A DNA stretch of 63,440 nucleotides, filler included, from Octopus bimaculoides (lineage: Eukaryota), in the NCBI RefSeq assembly GCF_001194135.2. It is 5 parts of 5 records of this genome, joined end to end, with 100 filler letters (N's around TTAATTAATTAA, not from the genome) between each part and the next. Parts side by side here need not be neighbours in the genome. Positions count along the whole stretch, not along the records: positions 1 to 16,278 come from NC_068989.1; 4 more parts are not named here. One strand, 5' to 3'. Position 1 is the first letter of the stretch. Each line of letters opens with the position of its first letter. The translations under genes were made by a program, and so were the position numbers. Shown here piece by piece: positions 1 through 13,300 of the stretch. Below the pieces are notes generated by a model. It was not told the DNA's origin. It saw only the letters and a list, made by a program, of their open reading frames with translations, and searched no databases.

Positions 1-1140
1 CGGTTAATGCTTTTGACATACTCTTACATACTGGACCGTCTAAAATCGCAGTCAAACTTTTGGGTGTACTTCGACCCGTTGAGAGTGATGTTTGTTTGTT
101 TCTCTCCCTTTAATGCCACCCTCTGTACAAAATTGATCAGCGTGTCCAATCTCAGCAAAATCCGAAAAAAAGTGTTAAGTTTATGTCATAAAATAGAATC
201 CATGTGACCATTTACATGAAAATATCCCACTGACTTTTAAATCCCAATACATTATATGAATAATCGATGGTTCATATGTCGAAGTGCTTGATTTTACTCA
301 TGGGTCGATTTTCTTCAAAATCAATTCATTATTTTATTGTGAGTAAATTTTGACGATTTCTGCCTTTCACCAGTTTAATTTTAACTTTACTACATGATTC
401 CGACCATAAACTTTACCTAAATGTCAAATTTCATCAAAATCAGATGAATTCTGTAAAAGTTACAGCATAAAATATTAATCCTATGGGTAATTGCATGCAA
501 AAAGCTATTGATTTCTTAAAATCCTCCGCTCGCGCGCAATTATCGATTTTTTTGTCAACTCTTCATGCTGGTATCAACTAATGGATATGAACTGTAATCA
601 CGTGTAAAATTTCTACAAAATCGATAAGAATGCTTATTTGCTTTTGTGCCCTTTTCAATCCCTTTTGAATTAAATAAACACCTTTACCGTCTCTCCCACC
701 ACAAAATTTACCTGCTTCTCAAATTTTATTAAAATCGGATAAAAAATATAAAAGTTACGGACAAAAATAAAATCCCTGTTGGTATTTGCACGCAAAAAGC
801 CTATTGATTTGATAAACACCAGTGCTGAGGGGCAATTATCGATTTTTGTCAACGCCATATACTGAAATCAACTCACTGCCATGAACCTAGCTCACTCATT
901 GATTTTCATCAAAATCAGACAAAAAATGCAAAAGCTGCAGGAGGAATAACATCGTTATGGGAATTTTCATTCAAATGTTCGATTGAGCTCACAAAAATCG
1001 ATGCCAACTGAGCAGTATCGAGTTTTCGAAAAATTCCGGCCTTATTTGAACTTCAGGGCATGTGATCTACCTATGTGCCAAAATTCATTAAAATCGGACG
1101 GTGTGGGAGGAGTTAGAGTAACCTCAAACACACACACACT
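1..1140. repeat. Unclassified non-autonomous repeat with internally repeated ~300-bp units, possibly Helitron-derived
   Basis: Motifs recur about 296 bp apart (AAAGC(C)TATTGATTT at ~500 and ~797; GCAATTATCGATTTTT at ~536 and ~832; TTTCATCAAAATCAGA at ~430 and ~905). Ends in AAATCGG...(CA)n. No ORF. Confidence 0.4.
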
Positions 1141-1154
1141 GACTGATACCATTA

Positions 1155-1803
1155 CCTTGGCACCTTGGGTAAGTGTCTTCTACGATAGCCTCGGGATGAC
1201 CAAAGCCTTGTGAGTGGATTTGATAGACGGAAACTGAAAGAAGCCTGTCGTATANNNNNNNNNNNNNNNNNNNNNNNNNNNNNNNNNNNNNNNNNNNNNN
1301 NNNNNNNNNNNNNNNNNNNNNNNNNNNNNNNNNNNNNNNNNNNNNNNNNNNNNNNNNNNNNNNNNNNNNNNNNNNNNNNNNNNNNNNNNNNNNNNNNNNN
1401 NNNNNNNNNNNNNNNNNNNNNNNNNNNNNNNNNNNNNNNNNNNNNNNNNNNNNNNNNNNNNNNNNNNNNNNNNNNNNNNNNNNNNNNNNNNNNNNNNNNN
1501 NNNNNNNNNNNNNNNNNNNNNNNNNNNNNNNNNNNNNNNNNNNNNNNNNNNNNNNNNNNNNNNNNNNNNNNNNNNNNNNNNNNNNNNNNNNNNNNNNNNN
1601 NNNNNNNNNNNNNNNNNNNNNNNNNNNNNNNNNNNNNNNNNNNNNNNNNNNNNNNNNNNNNNNNNNNNNNNNNNNNNNNNNNNNNNNNNNNNNNNNNNNN
1701 NNNNNNNNNNNNNNNNNNNNNNNNNNNNNNNNNNNNNNNNNNNNNNNNNNNNNNNNNNNNNNNNNNNNNNNNNNNNNNNNNNNNNNNNNNNNTATATACA
1801 TAC

Positions 1804-1847
<44 letters not shown>

Positions 1848-2072
1848 ATATATATATATGTATGTATATGTTTGTGAGTGTGTGTTTGTCTTCCAACATG
1901 TCTTGACAACCGATGCTGGTGTGTTTACGTCCCCGTAAATTAGCGTTTCGGCAAAAGAAACCGATAGAATAAGCACTAGGTTTACAAATAATAAGTCCTG
2001 GGGTTGATTTGCTCGACTATAGGCGGTGCCCTAGCATGGCTGCAGTCAAATGACTGAAACAAATAAAAAAGA
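1155..2072 (+). mobile_element. tRNA-derived SINE (CORE-like body, internal (TA)n/gap, 3' tail)
   Basis: GGCACCTTGGGTAAGTGTCTTCTAC...GACGGAAACTGAAAGAAGCC at 1159-1250 and tail ...GCAGTCAAATGACTGAAAC at ~2040-2060. The same modules recur at 38141-38565, 41358-41508, 59048-59208 and 59657-59815. Confidence 0.75.
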
Positions 2073-2827
2073 AGAAAAAGAATTTATATATATATAAAAA
2101 TTCAATTAAAGGTTAATAACCTCATTAAGGGATAGTAAAATCCAAGGAATAAACTGGTTTATTACCTATTACAAAAAGTATTGAATATTACATTTAATAT
2201 TCAGCTGTAAGGTAATTGGATAAACCAGGGTTTATATATATTTTTAAGAAAATGAGAAAATAGAGATAATTAAATTAATAATTATTTATTAATTACAAAA
2301 TTGCACATCGTGTCTGACAGCTGTTTTGATTCCAGGCTTTAGAAATTGATCAGTGTGTCCAGTCGGAGGTGGAAAAAAAAATATACCCTTACATTTTCAT
2401 ATTATTGTGTGTTGAGTGTAGGGAGTAAATCCACTAACAGATAAATGTTTTGTAGAAAGAACATGGTATAAACCTTACTAAGGGGAGGGAAAGGTAGTAT
2501 ATTTATCGAAGTTATTATAAAAATGAAAATAAGAATAAAGAATAAGATATGGTAATAAAAAATATATATATCTAAAGTATAATTAAGTATCAAATAAAAG
2601 TAATTGTGAATGTGGTTATAAAAATATAGGTAGTAATATATTATGGGTAGTTATTAATACTAGCAAATCTACCCATCTACGATGGAGGCATAAAATGAGG
2701 TAGGGAAATCATAACAGCAGTATGTATTGAAGAATGTGTAAATGGATAATATATATATTGGATAATAATAGAATTAACGGTACCTTTTGTAAATTGGTTA
2801 TATATATATATATATATATCAATATGA

Positions 2828-4110
2828 TTACAAAACTTCTTTGTAGACGATATTTTGTGTGTGGTTGACACTAATTTTCAAGTTACTGGAGTCCGTTACT
2901 CTACTCATAGCGACGTATAACTGGCCATGTGTAAACATTGGAGTGAGTAAAAATACACCTACATGGTCTAAAGTCTGACCCTGTGCCTTGTTTGCTGTGA
3001 ATGAGAATGCCAGTTTTATAGGAAATTGCCTACGTCTTAATTGGAACGGAAACTGGTTATCGGTTGGTATAAGGGGTATCTGCGGAATGAACAGGCATTT
3101 ACCATTGTGGGGGCCATTTGCAATCACTGCTTCGATAACATTGGAATTTAGTTCTGCTACCGTGTATCTTGTTCCATTGCAGTGTCCATTGGCTGGATCA
3201 AATTTCGTAAGGAACATTATCGGACAGTTCTTTTTCAATTTGATTTTATGGATAGCAATCTCGATGGATTTAAGTTGTTCAAGAAATCTTGTGAGTCCTG
3301 GTTGTAGTTTTCGTCATCTATTGTATCCGAACTAAAGCACTCTCGACCAGGGAAGTTGCTAATCATGTGCTCATTCACACTGTTTACCACTTCATTGGTG
3401 GATACGATGACAGCTCGCGAACACAGCCATGATGCGCTTTTGTAGTTTTCACTTAAATCATTAAAGACGAATTTACATATTCCGGAAATAGATTACGTTT
3501 CGAGTACAAAATCTGGCCTAATTTGAATCACATTCCTCAGTGGCGTAGAGAACGAACACTGTCCGGAACCGATATCGCTTAAATAGGTTGCAAAAGTTGC
3601 ATCTGAAGAATTTCATACCCTCATGTTTTTCTTTAGACTCAACTCCATAACAGACCTCCAGATGTACGATGTTTTCAAAGTGGCTTGCACTATTTGAGCT
3701 CGACTACCACGCTTAACAACAGGTAGAATCTGCTTCCAGTCGCCTACAAGAAGAACACAAACTCCTCCAAACAGGGATTCGTTCGCTCTGATATCGCGTA
3801 GAGAACGATCCAAGCATTCGTAAATGAACTTGTCACCTTGGCTGACTTCATCGACGGTTATTAGACTGGTTATTCTGAAGAGTTGCGCAGTTGCATCCTG
3901 AGATGATGCAGGGCTCTGGTGTTATGTTTATGGGCACTTTGAACCGAGAATGAAATGTCCGGCCACTGTGCAGCAATGTTGCGCAAACCAAGATAGAGCT
4001 GTTGCGAGTACCATTTTTTTTCTCCGAACGTAAGGAATCTATGATGGAATTGATAAGATACGTTTTGCCAGTTCCACCACTCGCGTTCAAGGTGAACACC
4101 TTGTTTTCCT
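2828..4110 (-). pseudogene. Helitron PIF1-family helicase, frameshifted
   Basis: Motifs NASGGTGKTYLIN, GRTFHSRFKVP, FGGVCVLLVGDWKQILPV, GHCNGTRY, RRQFPIKLAFSFTANKAQGQTL, HGQLYVAMSRV spread over several frames. Confidence 0.92.
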
Positions 4111-4640
4111 GTTGTTGTAAAACTGAGTTACCACTATCATCTGTTGTGCCTCGTTTTCGTTTTTGCCACGACTTGGTTTTATTGTTCCAGGTGTAATATT
4201 TAGGAAAATCTTGGTATAAAATCTGTTTGGCTTTTTCGTCGTGTTTGTTTGTTTGAAAATAAGCTATCAGTTTAGTTTTCGGTGGTCCGCGTTCCACAGC
4301 CGCAGCGACAGAAGTCGAGTCGAATCGTACAGTCTGCTCATCAGGTAAATGACAGGGTAGCTTTTCGACTGTAGGATGCTTTTGGTGTATGAAAAATCCA
4401 TACACCTTCGAGAATGCTTCAATTGCAGAGATGTATCGAACGTTTACGAAGTTTTCTATTTCGTTTAATAATTGGCTGTCCTGTTTTCGATGTTGAGAAG
4501 ATGATTCAATCTTGTCCTTTTGTAATGTATTTGTATAAGTACTTCACTGCTTGGACGGAGGGCACGACCTCAGCGTTGATGTGGGTGTTGCATTTTATTG
4601 TCAGATACGGATTGTATGGTACTATCCAAAAACTGTCGAC

Positions 4641-4724
4641 CTGTGAAGAAGATATTCAACGTAAGTAAGCAATAAGTGTATGTCACTAAAAAGTTTATCT
4701 GTGTAAGTTGAAGAAAAAACTCAC
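4641..4724 (-). other. 84-nt GT-AG spliceosomal intron in Helitron Rep (phase 0)
   Basis: Donor GTGAGT at 4724, acceptor TTCTTCACAG at 4641. Removing it joins DNYPTYRKKSLAYGGRANKIYVEGQTDFV to VDSFWIVPYNPYL in frame. Confidence 0.8.
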
Positions 4725-4840
4725 CACAAAATCTGTCTGACCCTCAACGTAAATTTTATTGGCTCTTCCACCGTATGCTAGACTTTTCTTGCGATACGTC
4801 GGGTAGTTATCTCTCGGTATGTAGGTGGCTGACTGAAGGG

Positions 4841-6968
4841 CATCATGGAATTGAAAGTTTGTGATACCTGTGGAGTATCTCCTTCTCCCATTATAATTAT
4901 TTCTGTAGTCTTAAGGATCTGGAACACGAAGAAGTTTACAAGCGGAGTGCAATTCAATAGCCGTTTTTTTTTTAGTTCTCGTTCATGTGGATCGCTGCCA
5001 GTAACCATCTTTATGACAGCGCGTAGTTTGTTATAACTCTGTTCACGTGAGGTTCATTACCTCTGGAGATAACAGGTGAAGTTAGAGCGGGATAAGAGTC
5101 CACTTTGAGCTGCCAGATTCGCAGTGTTTCTCAGCAAAAGCAAGAAGAAAGAAACAAGATGATTTTTATTACCCACAAAGGACAGACGAAGAGGGGACAA
5201 TACAAACACATCTGGGGGACATATAAAAAAGAAAAAAAATTAAAATTAAAAAAATTAAAAGGTATGATATACATGAATGATAGAATGAAAATAATAATGA
5301 AAATGAGCTACTAGCCCCACCTCAAGCAGCCTCACTTGCTTCCTTTTATCTTTTAAGTTCCGAGTCCTTTAAAATGTCTATAGCATATTTCTCAGTCAGC
5401 TCTTCGTATTTTATATTGTCTGGTATCGTCTTTAAATCACAATTCACCTTCCAACACTTATAACCTCTATGAATTTCAATATTTCGTCTTTTTGGCTTTC
5501 GGACACAAGAACGCATGAGTGCCGTCCATCAATGTTTGTCCATCCTTTGACATAGACAAATCTTGCAGTCTTCCATTTTGTTATCTTATTGAGCAGTTCC
5601 TTGTCCACACCTTCAACCATCATATACGCGAAACAATTTACAGTGGGAGGGGGAGGTTGTTGATCCTTGTGTGTTTGTGTTTCTTTTTTCTCTTGCTTTG
5701 TGTAGGAGGGGAATGGGTGAGTTTGGTGTGTGTGAGAGGGTATGGGTTGGGTGGGTATGGTTTGGGGTTCTACTTCACTCTGTCCTTTCTTCCTCTTCCT
5801 TTTTCTTCCTTCAGCTACCATCCACTGTTCTTCGTTTCTCTTTTCTTCCTGTTGCACCTTCTCCAGCTCCTTCCTAACTTCCTCCTGACTTCTCTGCTTC
5901 TGCAGAGGGCAGTGTGCTCTAATGTGGCCTTTTTGGCCACATTTAAGCAAAGAGGAGATCTGCCCTCGACCCACGCTCTCAACACTACATCTCTAATGGT
6001 CACCGTTTCCACCACATTTTCCAGTGTTTCTGCAGTGCCCTGTATGATCAGGTCCAGTGTTTGGCCTTTCCATACCGAATTTTCTGTTTTTGTAGCTTGG
6101 AGGATGGCTATTTCTTCTTTACTTCCTAGAAGAACAGCCGCCGCAACCTAAGCCACATCTATTTCCGGTGGGATTCCCTCCACCCTAATCCTGGAAGTAG
6201 TTCTTCCAAAATAAGTGGGTAGAAGGACCACTTTATTCGACTTTACTGTGGTTACTGCGTGTTCCTATGCTTTTCCTTCTGACTTGAAATGAACCACAAT
6301 TGTTCCGTATCTGCTTCCTCTGGCAAGATACGTTATGCCTTGCCAGACGGAGCACATCGCCTTTTCTATTATTTCTGCCTCAACATTTTCAATTTTCCTT
6401 TCTTCCCCTGAGTACTCCTTATATATTACTGTTTTCTTATCCATTTCTTCCAATACTTTCTGGCGTGGTGACAACTTAACGTCAGCACCTACCCTACATG
6501 CCATCTTCTCATATTTTCTCTTTTTTGTGACTTCTGTCACTTCCGCAAAACTTTTCTTCCTTAAGCACTTGTCCATCCTATCAACTACTTGTATGAGCTC
6601 CTCCTCCTCCGAAGAGGACAATTCGGACCCACTAAGGTCTGAATAGAACATGTTTCTTACTGTTGACATTGCTGACCCTCCTCAAGGCGGAGAGGAAGCA
6701 CAACCAGAAAACCTCTGCAAAGCAGCACAAGACAGTCGACTACTCCTCACACAATCAACAAATACACCAGCACGATACGAACTCTATGAGTGAGAATGGA
6801 GAAAGAGAATGTCTTAATTCTCCTGCTTAAATAGTTGTTGCCGACGAGAGTTTCGCTGTCATCTCACGCATGACAAATGGTTGCAGGCGAGATCTCGCTC
6901 CTGTCTCCGACATGGTAATGGCTACCAGTGAGATCTCGTACAAAATGGCGCTGGCTTCTTGTGCCTCG
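4841..6968 (-). mobile_element. ORF1-only (half-LINE/HAL1-like) Tx1-related insertion inside Helitron Rep
   Basis: Splits Rep between CTKEFSKPL and QSATYIPRDNYP. Near-matching 8-bp flanks CTGAAGGG (4833-4840) and CTACAGGG (6969-6976). No TIR, LTR, endonuclease or RT. Confidence 0.7.
5444..6669 (-). pseudogene. Gag-like ORF1 with CCHC zinc knuckle (Tx1/L1 type)
   Basis: YLARGSRYGTIVVHF...VVLLPTYFGRTTSRIRVEGIPPE...EGRSPLC-KCGQKGHIRAHC with 2 stops and a frameshift. Homologous to ORF1 at 31325-31950. Confidence 0.8.
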
Positions 6969-8589
6969 CTACAGGGGTTTCGAAAACTCCTTAGTACATC
7001 AACCTCCGTCTTTCCTGGTTTCCATACACGGACTTCGGTGATGATAGCACCGCATGGACCATGAATATTATGTGCCATTACTGAGTTGAACAGCTCCGGG
7101 TTTCGGTGTTTGTCGGGTATTTCGGCACTAACTACTTTGTCTATGATTTCTGGAACAGTCGATTTATGACGACTAGCAGTATATGTGCGTGTGTAAGGCC
7201 ACGTTTTTGCCATCCAATAATTAGTGTATAGGTGACGACTTTTCTCAGAACGTGTTTTTTCAGTAGATCATGGAGAAGTGCGTCGAGCTTGATTTTGAAT
7301 ACTTGACAGACAATATCAGGTCGGTTCTGTGCATGCTCACCTGGAAATAGGGCGGTCTGTATCTCCGTCCATTTTGGATTTGTGGTAAATGTGATGAAGT
7401 AATCTGGCTTTCCCATTGCTCTCACTATTGCCATGGCGTTTTGGAAGGCCTCGTTGTAAAATCTTGGACTGCCGGAGAATAATTATTCCAGGTATTAATG
7501 TATCAGTTTCGTTGACAGTATCAAACAACCCTGAGTATTTTTCTGCTCTGATTGTCGTTTGATGGAATTCCGCCCACCTTAGCCTGCTCCGTTCTACTTT
7601 CTCCCTCTGATCTACAGCATATTGCTGTAAAAGTCTTCTACTTCGCATAATATGATTATCCGAATTAGTTCTCATAGCTGTTAATATTTGTTTATTTGAT
7701 TTCTTCACATTGAGCTGCCAACTGTCTGTGCCCTCCGGTAGTAGCAGAACATAAGGTAGCAGATTGTACGATCGATGGATAGAGTTTATTTGCTGAATAT
7801 ATCCATTACGACAGTATATGATTACGTCTAAAGGATTCTTGATATCACCCAGAACCAAAACAGCCATCTCTGAATTCATAGGCAAGTTGTACTAGCGACA
7901 GTGAGCCTCGGATTGTTTGAGTTTTTTGTCATGGTGTAGAAGGATCGAACTATCCTCAGTTACCGTTAGTTCTTTAGCAGCTTGAAATGATGCTACGTAT
8001 GGATTTACTTACCGAATATAACCTTGTAGTTTCGTCAGTATATCCGCCTGCAGATCATTCATATGCTTCATCCAATTTTTGGTCTCATAGTGTGTATCAA
8101 TGAAGTACAGCTGTGCAAATGATGGCGGTTGATTGGCATCTGGCATTAAACTTCCAATGGCGTGATACACTTTATCCTGGATTTTAAACGTGGGATTAAA
8201 TCCAGTTATCGAGGTATCAACAACACAACCAATGGACACAAACGCGAGTACGTTATTATACGCTCGAATATTTGTTATGAAATTGTTATCGTTCCATAAC
8301 GACACAATATATGCCGACAAATTGGCTGTGGATTGCAGCTGAAATTTACCGTTTTCGCAACAGAGGAAAAGTGGTTCCGCTGGCCAGTGCTTTGAATAAC
8401 AATGTGGCCATATATAATCACCCAAGCTGCCGCAGTAGTGAGAACGGTATGATAACGGAATGTTACTTTCTATAAGGTTTTCCTGAGTCGCTATCAAATT
8501 GTAATCTGTAATCCGTTCATTGTCATATTCAGCGGGGGGGATGCTTACCAAAGCATTATCTTCCACTTGTACTTGCACGTGTCTTAATT

Positions 8590-8790
8590 TTCGGCAAGCT
8601 AGAGTGTTCCTTATCTGTTCCGAAGTTTACACTTGAGGATTTTTGCGTGTTACTTGGCGAGCTAAAGTGTCCCTGCTCTGTTCTGAAGCTCTCACTTGAT
8701 GATTTCTCCGTGTTATTTGGCGAGCTAGCGTATCCCCGCTCTGTTCCGACGCTCTCACTTCTGTATCACGGCAAATTCTATGAGCTTCCG
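8590..8790 (-). repeat. 63-bp (21-aa) coding tandem repeat in the Helitron N-terminus, about 3 copies
   Basis: VRASEQSGDTLARQITR / VRASEQSRDTLARQVTR / V*TSEQIRNTLACRKLR. TTA(C/T)TTGGCGAGCTA at 8650 and 8713. Confidence 0.75.
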
Positions 8791-9319
8791 TATCCTTATT
8801 CTTTTTGGGCTTGTCTGTATTCACTGTTAGATTGTCTCTTACTTTTTATAGCGGCAGCTTCCCTGGTAGTCCTACTAATTCCTGATTTCCGTTTCCAGGT
8901 CACAATGGTGTGGAACGAAGGAAAATTTAATAAAGCATTACACAACTTTTTGATACAATCGTTATTGACAAAGTTCATAGTAGACATACACCGATTAAAG
9001 ATGAGCCAAAGCCATCACAATCATTCCTTAATAAAGCTTATGGCGTAATTCAGTGGAGAAGCAAGTTGATATACTTCCCTTTGCTTCTTTTATTACGAGT
9101 TGCCTCCCCTTAATTTCTATTTACTTTGTGTACGCCCGTAGACTGAAAACTTATTTTCAATATCGAGTAAATGATCATACTTTTTCACATTTTATTTTCG
9201 TTAAAAACCTGCCTGATTACTTTCTTCGTAATCTCGAAAACCATCGTAATCATTGGTCCAGCCGTTTGACCGTCAGAAGGGTACAGACAGACGGATATTA
9301 CACTCATCATAGTATAATT

Positions 9320-10093
9320 TGTTACGACCTAGTGGTCATAATCCGAATTTACAAATTCAACGAGGATAGGGTGAACCCAAAACAACAACACACCACGAAG
9401 TCTTTTGTAAAATATTATTAACAATTATCAGCATAAAAAAAACAGTCCACATACAAAACAAATATATATGAACAAAAATAAACCAATGCCACACCAGACG
9501 TGCAGTCAAAATATTTACAAAGGTAACATATATATACAGTTCAGAAATTCGGACTTAGAATCCCGGCTTCATCAACTTGATTTCACAAACTTGGATCCGT
9601 AACTCTGGATTCACAAATTTGGGTCTCACCAAAATTAGCCTCACACAAAAACTGGCCTCGCAAATTTGGTTTTCAAAAAATATAGATTCCCAAAATTTGG
9701 ATTTCATAAAATCTGGATTTCCATTTTAGTACAAATTCGGTTTTCGAACCTTGGATTTTGAATCGTGGATTTCGAAACTTGGATTTCGAACCGTGGATTT
9801 CGAACCTTGGATTTTGAACTTTGGACCAGATGTGATACAGAAATTATTTTAAAACTGACAAACAAAAAGTTCTGGCGAATTCCTGGAGCATAAAATAATT
9901 CCAGAAATGCCTAACACAAAGCACAAAGAGCATAAACTAAACAGGCAATCATAGCTTCCAGGATCCAATTGAACTTTGTCTCACAGAAAAAAAAAAACTG
10001 TCACAAAAAACTGGGGGTACAATTATCTCTGCTTATAAAGGTTTGCCAAGGTCTAGCCAATTTGTTATAGTTTCACAGTTTTGGCTAATAACA
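9320..10093 (-). repeat. 3' LTR (774 bp)
   Basis: TGTTACGACC...GCTAATAACA, aligns with 15131-15809. Carries an extra ~14-bp TGGATTTCGAACCT-type array at ~9745-9825. Confidence 0.92.
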
Positions 10094-10106
10094 CCTAGCT
10101 TCCTCC
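10094..10106 (-). promoter_or_regulatory. Polypurine tract (degenerate)
   Basis: GGAGGAAGCTAGG immediately before the 3' LTR on the minus strand. Confidence 0.55.
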
Positions 10107-10324
10107 ATTTTGACAATGGATTTCATCTTAGCCTTACAGTGCAGCATGAAAAACTGTTTACCTGTTTACCTTAACATTATAATTTATAATTTCCTAACAT
10201 TCCTTTCTCCTTAAAAGGGAAAATTTTGATACACAATAAACAATTTTCAGAAAGATACAGTATCGTCCAGAAAATTTGTTGAAGTCAAATATGTATTTGT
10301 ACATAAATATATACATGGTAAGTG

Positions 10325-13300
10325 CTAACACCTGGATAGTGCATCCGCAAGTAAATTAGCATTTCTTGCAATATGACAAATATTCAAACTAAATTGTTGC
10401 AGGTACAAGCTCCACCTCAGAATCCTCTCATTAGTGCATTTCCCCTTATTAATGTAAACTAAGAGATTGTGATCTGTGTAGACAGTGGTTGGATTTGAAC
10501 CTATAGAAATTTGAAAGTGCTGAACTGCCCACACAAGAGCTGAACACTCTTTCTCCAAGGCAGAGTAATTCTTCTGACAAGAATTAAAGTTCCTAGAAAA
10601 GTATGCCACTGGACAATCTACTCCAGATTGGCATGCTTGTAACAAAATCGTGCCAGTACCTACATTGGACGTGTCAGTCATCAATGAGAACGGTTTCTCA
10701 AAATCAGGCGCTTTTAAAACAAGGGGAGTTTTGTAAAACCAACTTAAGTTTCTCAAAAGCTGTTTCACACTCTGAGGACCACTTNNNNNNNNNNNNNNNN
10801 NNNNNNNNNNNNNNNNNNNNNNNNNNNNNNNNNNNNNNNNNNNNNNNNNNNNNNNNNNNNNNNNNNNNNNNNNNNNNNNNNNNNNNNNNNNNNNNNNNNN
10901 NNNNNNNNNNNNNNNNNNNNNNNNNNNNNNNNNNNNNNNNNNNNNNNNNNNNNNNNNNNNNNNNNNNNNNNNNNNNNNNNNNNNNNNNNNNNNNNNNNNN
11001 NNNNNNNNNNNNNNNNNNNNNNNNNNNNNNNNNNNNNNNNNNNNNNNNNNNNNNNNNNNNNNNNNNNNNNNNNNNNNNNNNNNNNNNNNNNNNNNNNNNN
11101 NNNNNNNNNNNNNNNNNNNNNNNNNNNNNNNNNNNNNNNNNNNNNNNNNNNNNNNNNNNNNNNNNNNNNNNNNNNNNNNNNNNNNNNNNNNNNNNNNNNN
11201 NNNNNNNNNNNNNNNNNNNNNNNNNNNNNNNNNNNNNNNNNNNNNNNNNNNNNCGAAGGGTATGACCATGAACTGAAACAGGCCAAACAGCTTTCAGTAC
11301 ACTCGGTTAAAGAAACTTGATAATAGCCTTTTCTCAAATCTAATTTGGTTAAGTAGACTGAGCTGCTAACTCTATCCACTAAATCATTAATCCGCGGAAA
11401 AGAATCCGGTTTAGTAACAGAATTAACTTTCCGATAGTCAATACAAACACATCTGGTTTCGGAATCACGACCGCTGGAGAGCTATAACCACTCTTACTAG
11501 ATTCTATTAAGCCCAATCCCAACATCTCCTTGACTTCCTGCTCAAGAATTTTAAACTTGGCTGGGTGCATTCTGTAAGGCTGTTATTTAATCAGCTTTCT
11601 ATCAGTCAACTCAATACCATGCATCACAACAGTAGTGCGCCCTGGATTGTCTGAAAATAGTTCGTCAAAGTCACTAAACAAACCAGTCAACTCCTCACTC
11701 TGCTCAGGAAGTAAACCTGTTACTATAGGTTCGGTAGAAGAATTGTCTACTCTGTAATCTGAGTTAATGGACGAACTAAGTTCACAATCTTCCTGATTTT
11801 CCTCATCAACTAATTTGTCCTTGACCGGCATAACAACATTAATGGATTTGAATTCAACATCTCTTTCATGGTTTTAACATGTTGACATGACAAACTTGTT
11901 GCTTCTTTCTACAATCCGGTGTTTCAGTCACATAATCCAAATTGTTTAACAATTTTGTAAGATCCAGAAAATCTAGCCTTCAAGGAACTACCTGGTACAG
12001 GAAGTAGAGCTAACACCTTACTATCAAGAGGAAAACTACGCTTTGGGGATTTACCATCATATCCCTTAAGTTGACATGTGCAGTGTTAACTGTGGAACGC
12101 AAGCTCTCCTTAAACTCAGAAATATAGTCAATCAGATTAAACTCAGGTGCAATGTTATCACTATTCAACCAACCATTTTTTAGTATTTGTAAGGGTTCTC
12201 GCACACAATGGGCATAGATCATATCAAAACTAGAGACCCCCAAGGTGTCCACGGGAACTTCCCTAGTTGCGAACAATACTAGAGGGACACCATGATCCCA
12301 ATCCTCCTCATGTTCCAGACAATAAGTCCGCAACATATTCCTCAACACTTGGTGGTAACGTTCTAAGGCTCCCTGTGCTTGTGGGTAATACGCTGTAGAA
12401 CGAAACTGTTTGATCCCTAACTTATACATCAATATCTGGGACACACTTGACATGAAATTGGATCCCTGATCTGACTGAATTTCCTTTGGAAAACTGAACT
12501 GGGTGAAAAACTTCACCAAAGTATCAGCTACAGTAGTTGCAGAAATTTCTTTCAACGGAATTGCCTCTGGATACCTGGTTGCCTGATCCAATACAGTTAA
12601 TAAGTAGCGATATCCTGACTTTGTTCTGGGCAATGGACCAACCACATCAATAATAATCCTGGAAAAGGGTTCTTTTACAGCCAGAATGGGCTTTAAGGGT
12701 GCCTTGTCGATGGTTGCATTGAGTTTTCCCATGTTTTACAAGTTCTATAATAACTAGCAACATCGGAAGATAAACTTGGCCAATAAGAGTGCTGTAAAAT
12801 TCTATACTTGGTTTTACGAACACCTAAGTGACCAGCCAATGGAATATCATGTGCCAGATTCATAATATCAAGTCTATACTCCTTTGGGACTACAATTTGC
12901 TCCCTAACTTGCCAATGATCAGATGCTGGGACATAATGTGGCCTTCACTTCCTCATTAAAACACTATCATGAAGATAAAAACATATTGGCAACTTCTCTG
13001 CTTCTTTCTCTGAGAAAGTTCTAGTATAAAACTTGCTTAAACTGCAATCCTCTTTCTGCTTAAGGATTAAAGCTTTCTTGTCTGCTTTGAATTCAGCTTC
13101 ACTAGGATAAATAGGCTCCTCACTACCAGAAATCAGATCCACAAGGAAAGTATTAGACAAAGCTATGATATCATCATTAACTGAACTAATATTAGATCCC
13201 TCATTACTGGGACTAACGCTAGCCTCACTATTCATAGCCTTGGTAGGGGACCTAGTCACTGCACATTCAGGGAATATTCCTGGATACAAGCTCTCTAACT

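Larger units (their letters stand above)
4150..8987 (-). pseudogene. Helitron Rep (HUH endonuclease), interrupted by an insertion (4841-6968) and an intron (4641-4724)
   Basis: CCENGK, NIRAYNNVLAF, FAQLYFID, PDYFITFTTNPKW (motif 1), WQKRGLTHAHILL (HUH), HGPCG, DNYPTYRKK, WIVPYNPYL, KYLYKYITKG (motif 3). Premature stops and frameshifts. Confidence 0.92.
2660..9317 (-). mobile_element. Decayed, formerly autonomous Helitron with both termini recognisable
   Basis: 3' end CTAG|T at 2663-2659, preceded by hairpin CCATC-GTA-GATGG. 5' end TTATACTATG...CCGTCTGTCTGT near 9317. Contains HUH Rep and PIF1 helicase remnants. Confidence 0.85.

Noticed and set aside
8001-8014. GTAAGT donor-like site in Helitron Rep
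   Set aside because: Reading through gives GYIR*VNPYVASF, the normal Rep motif with a probable CAA-to-TAA nonsense change; no intron is needed.
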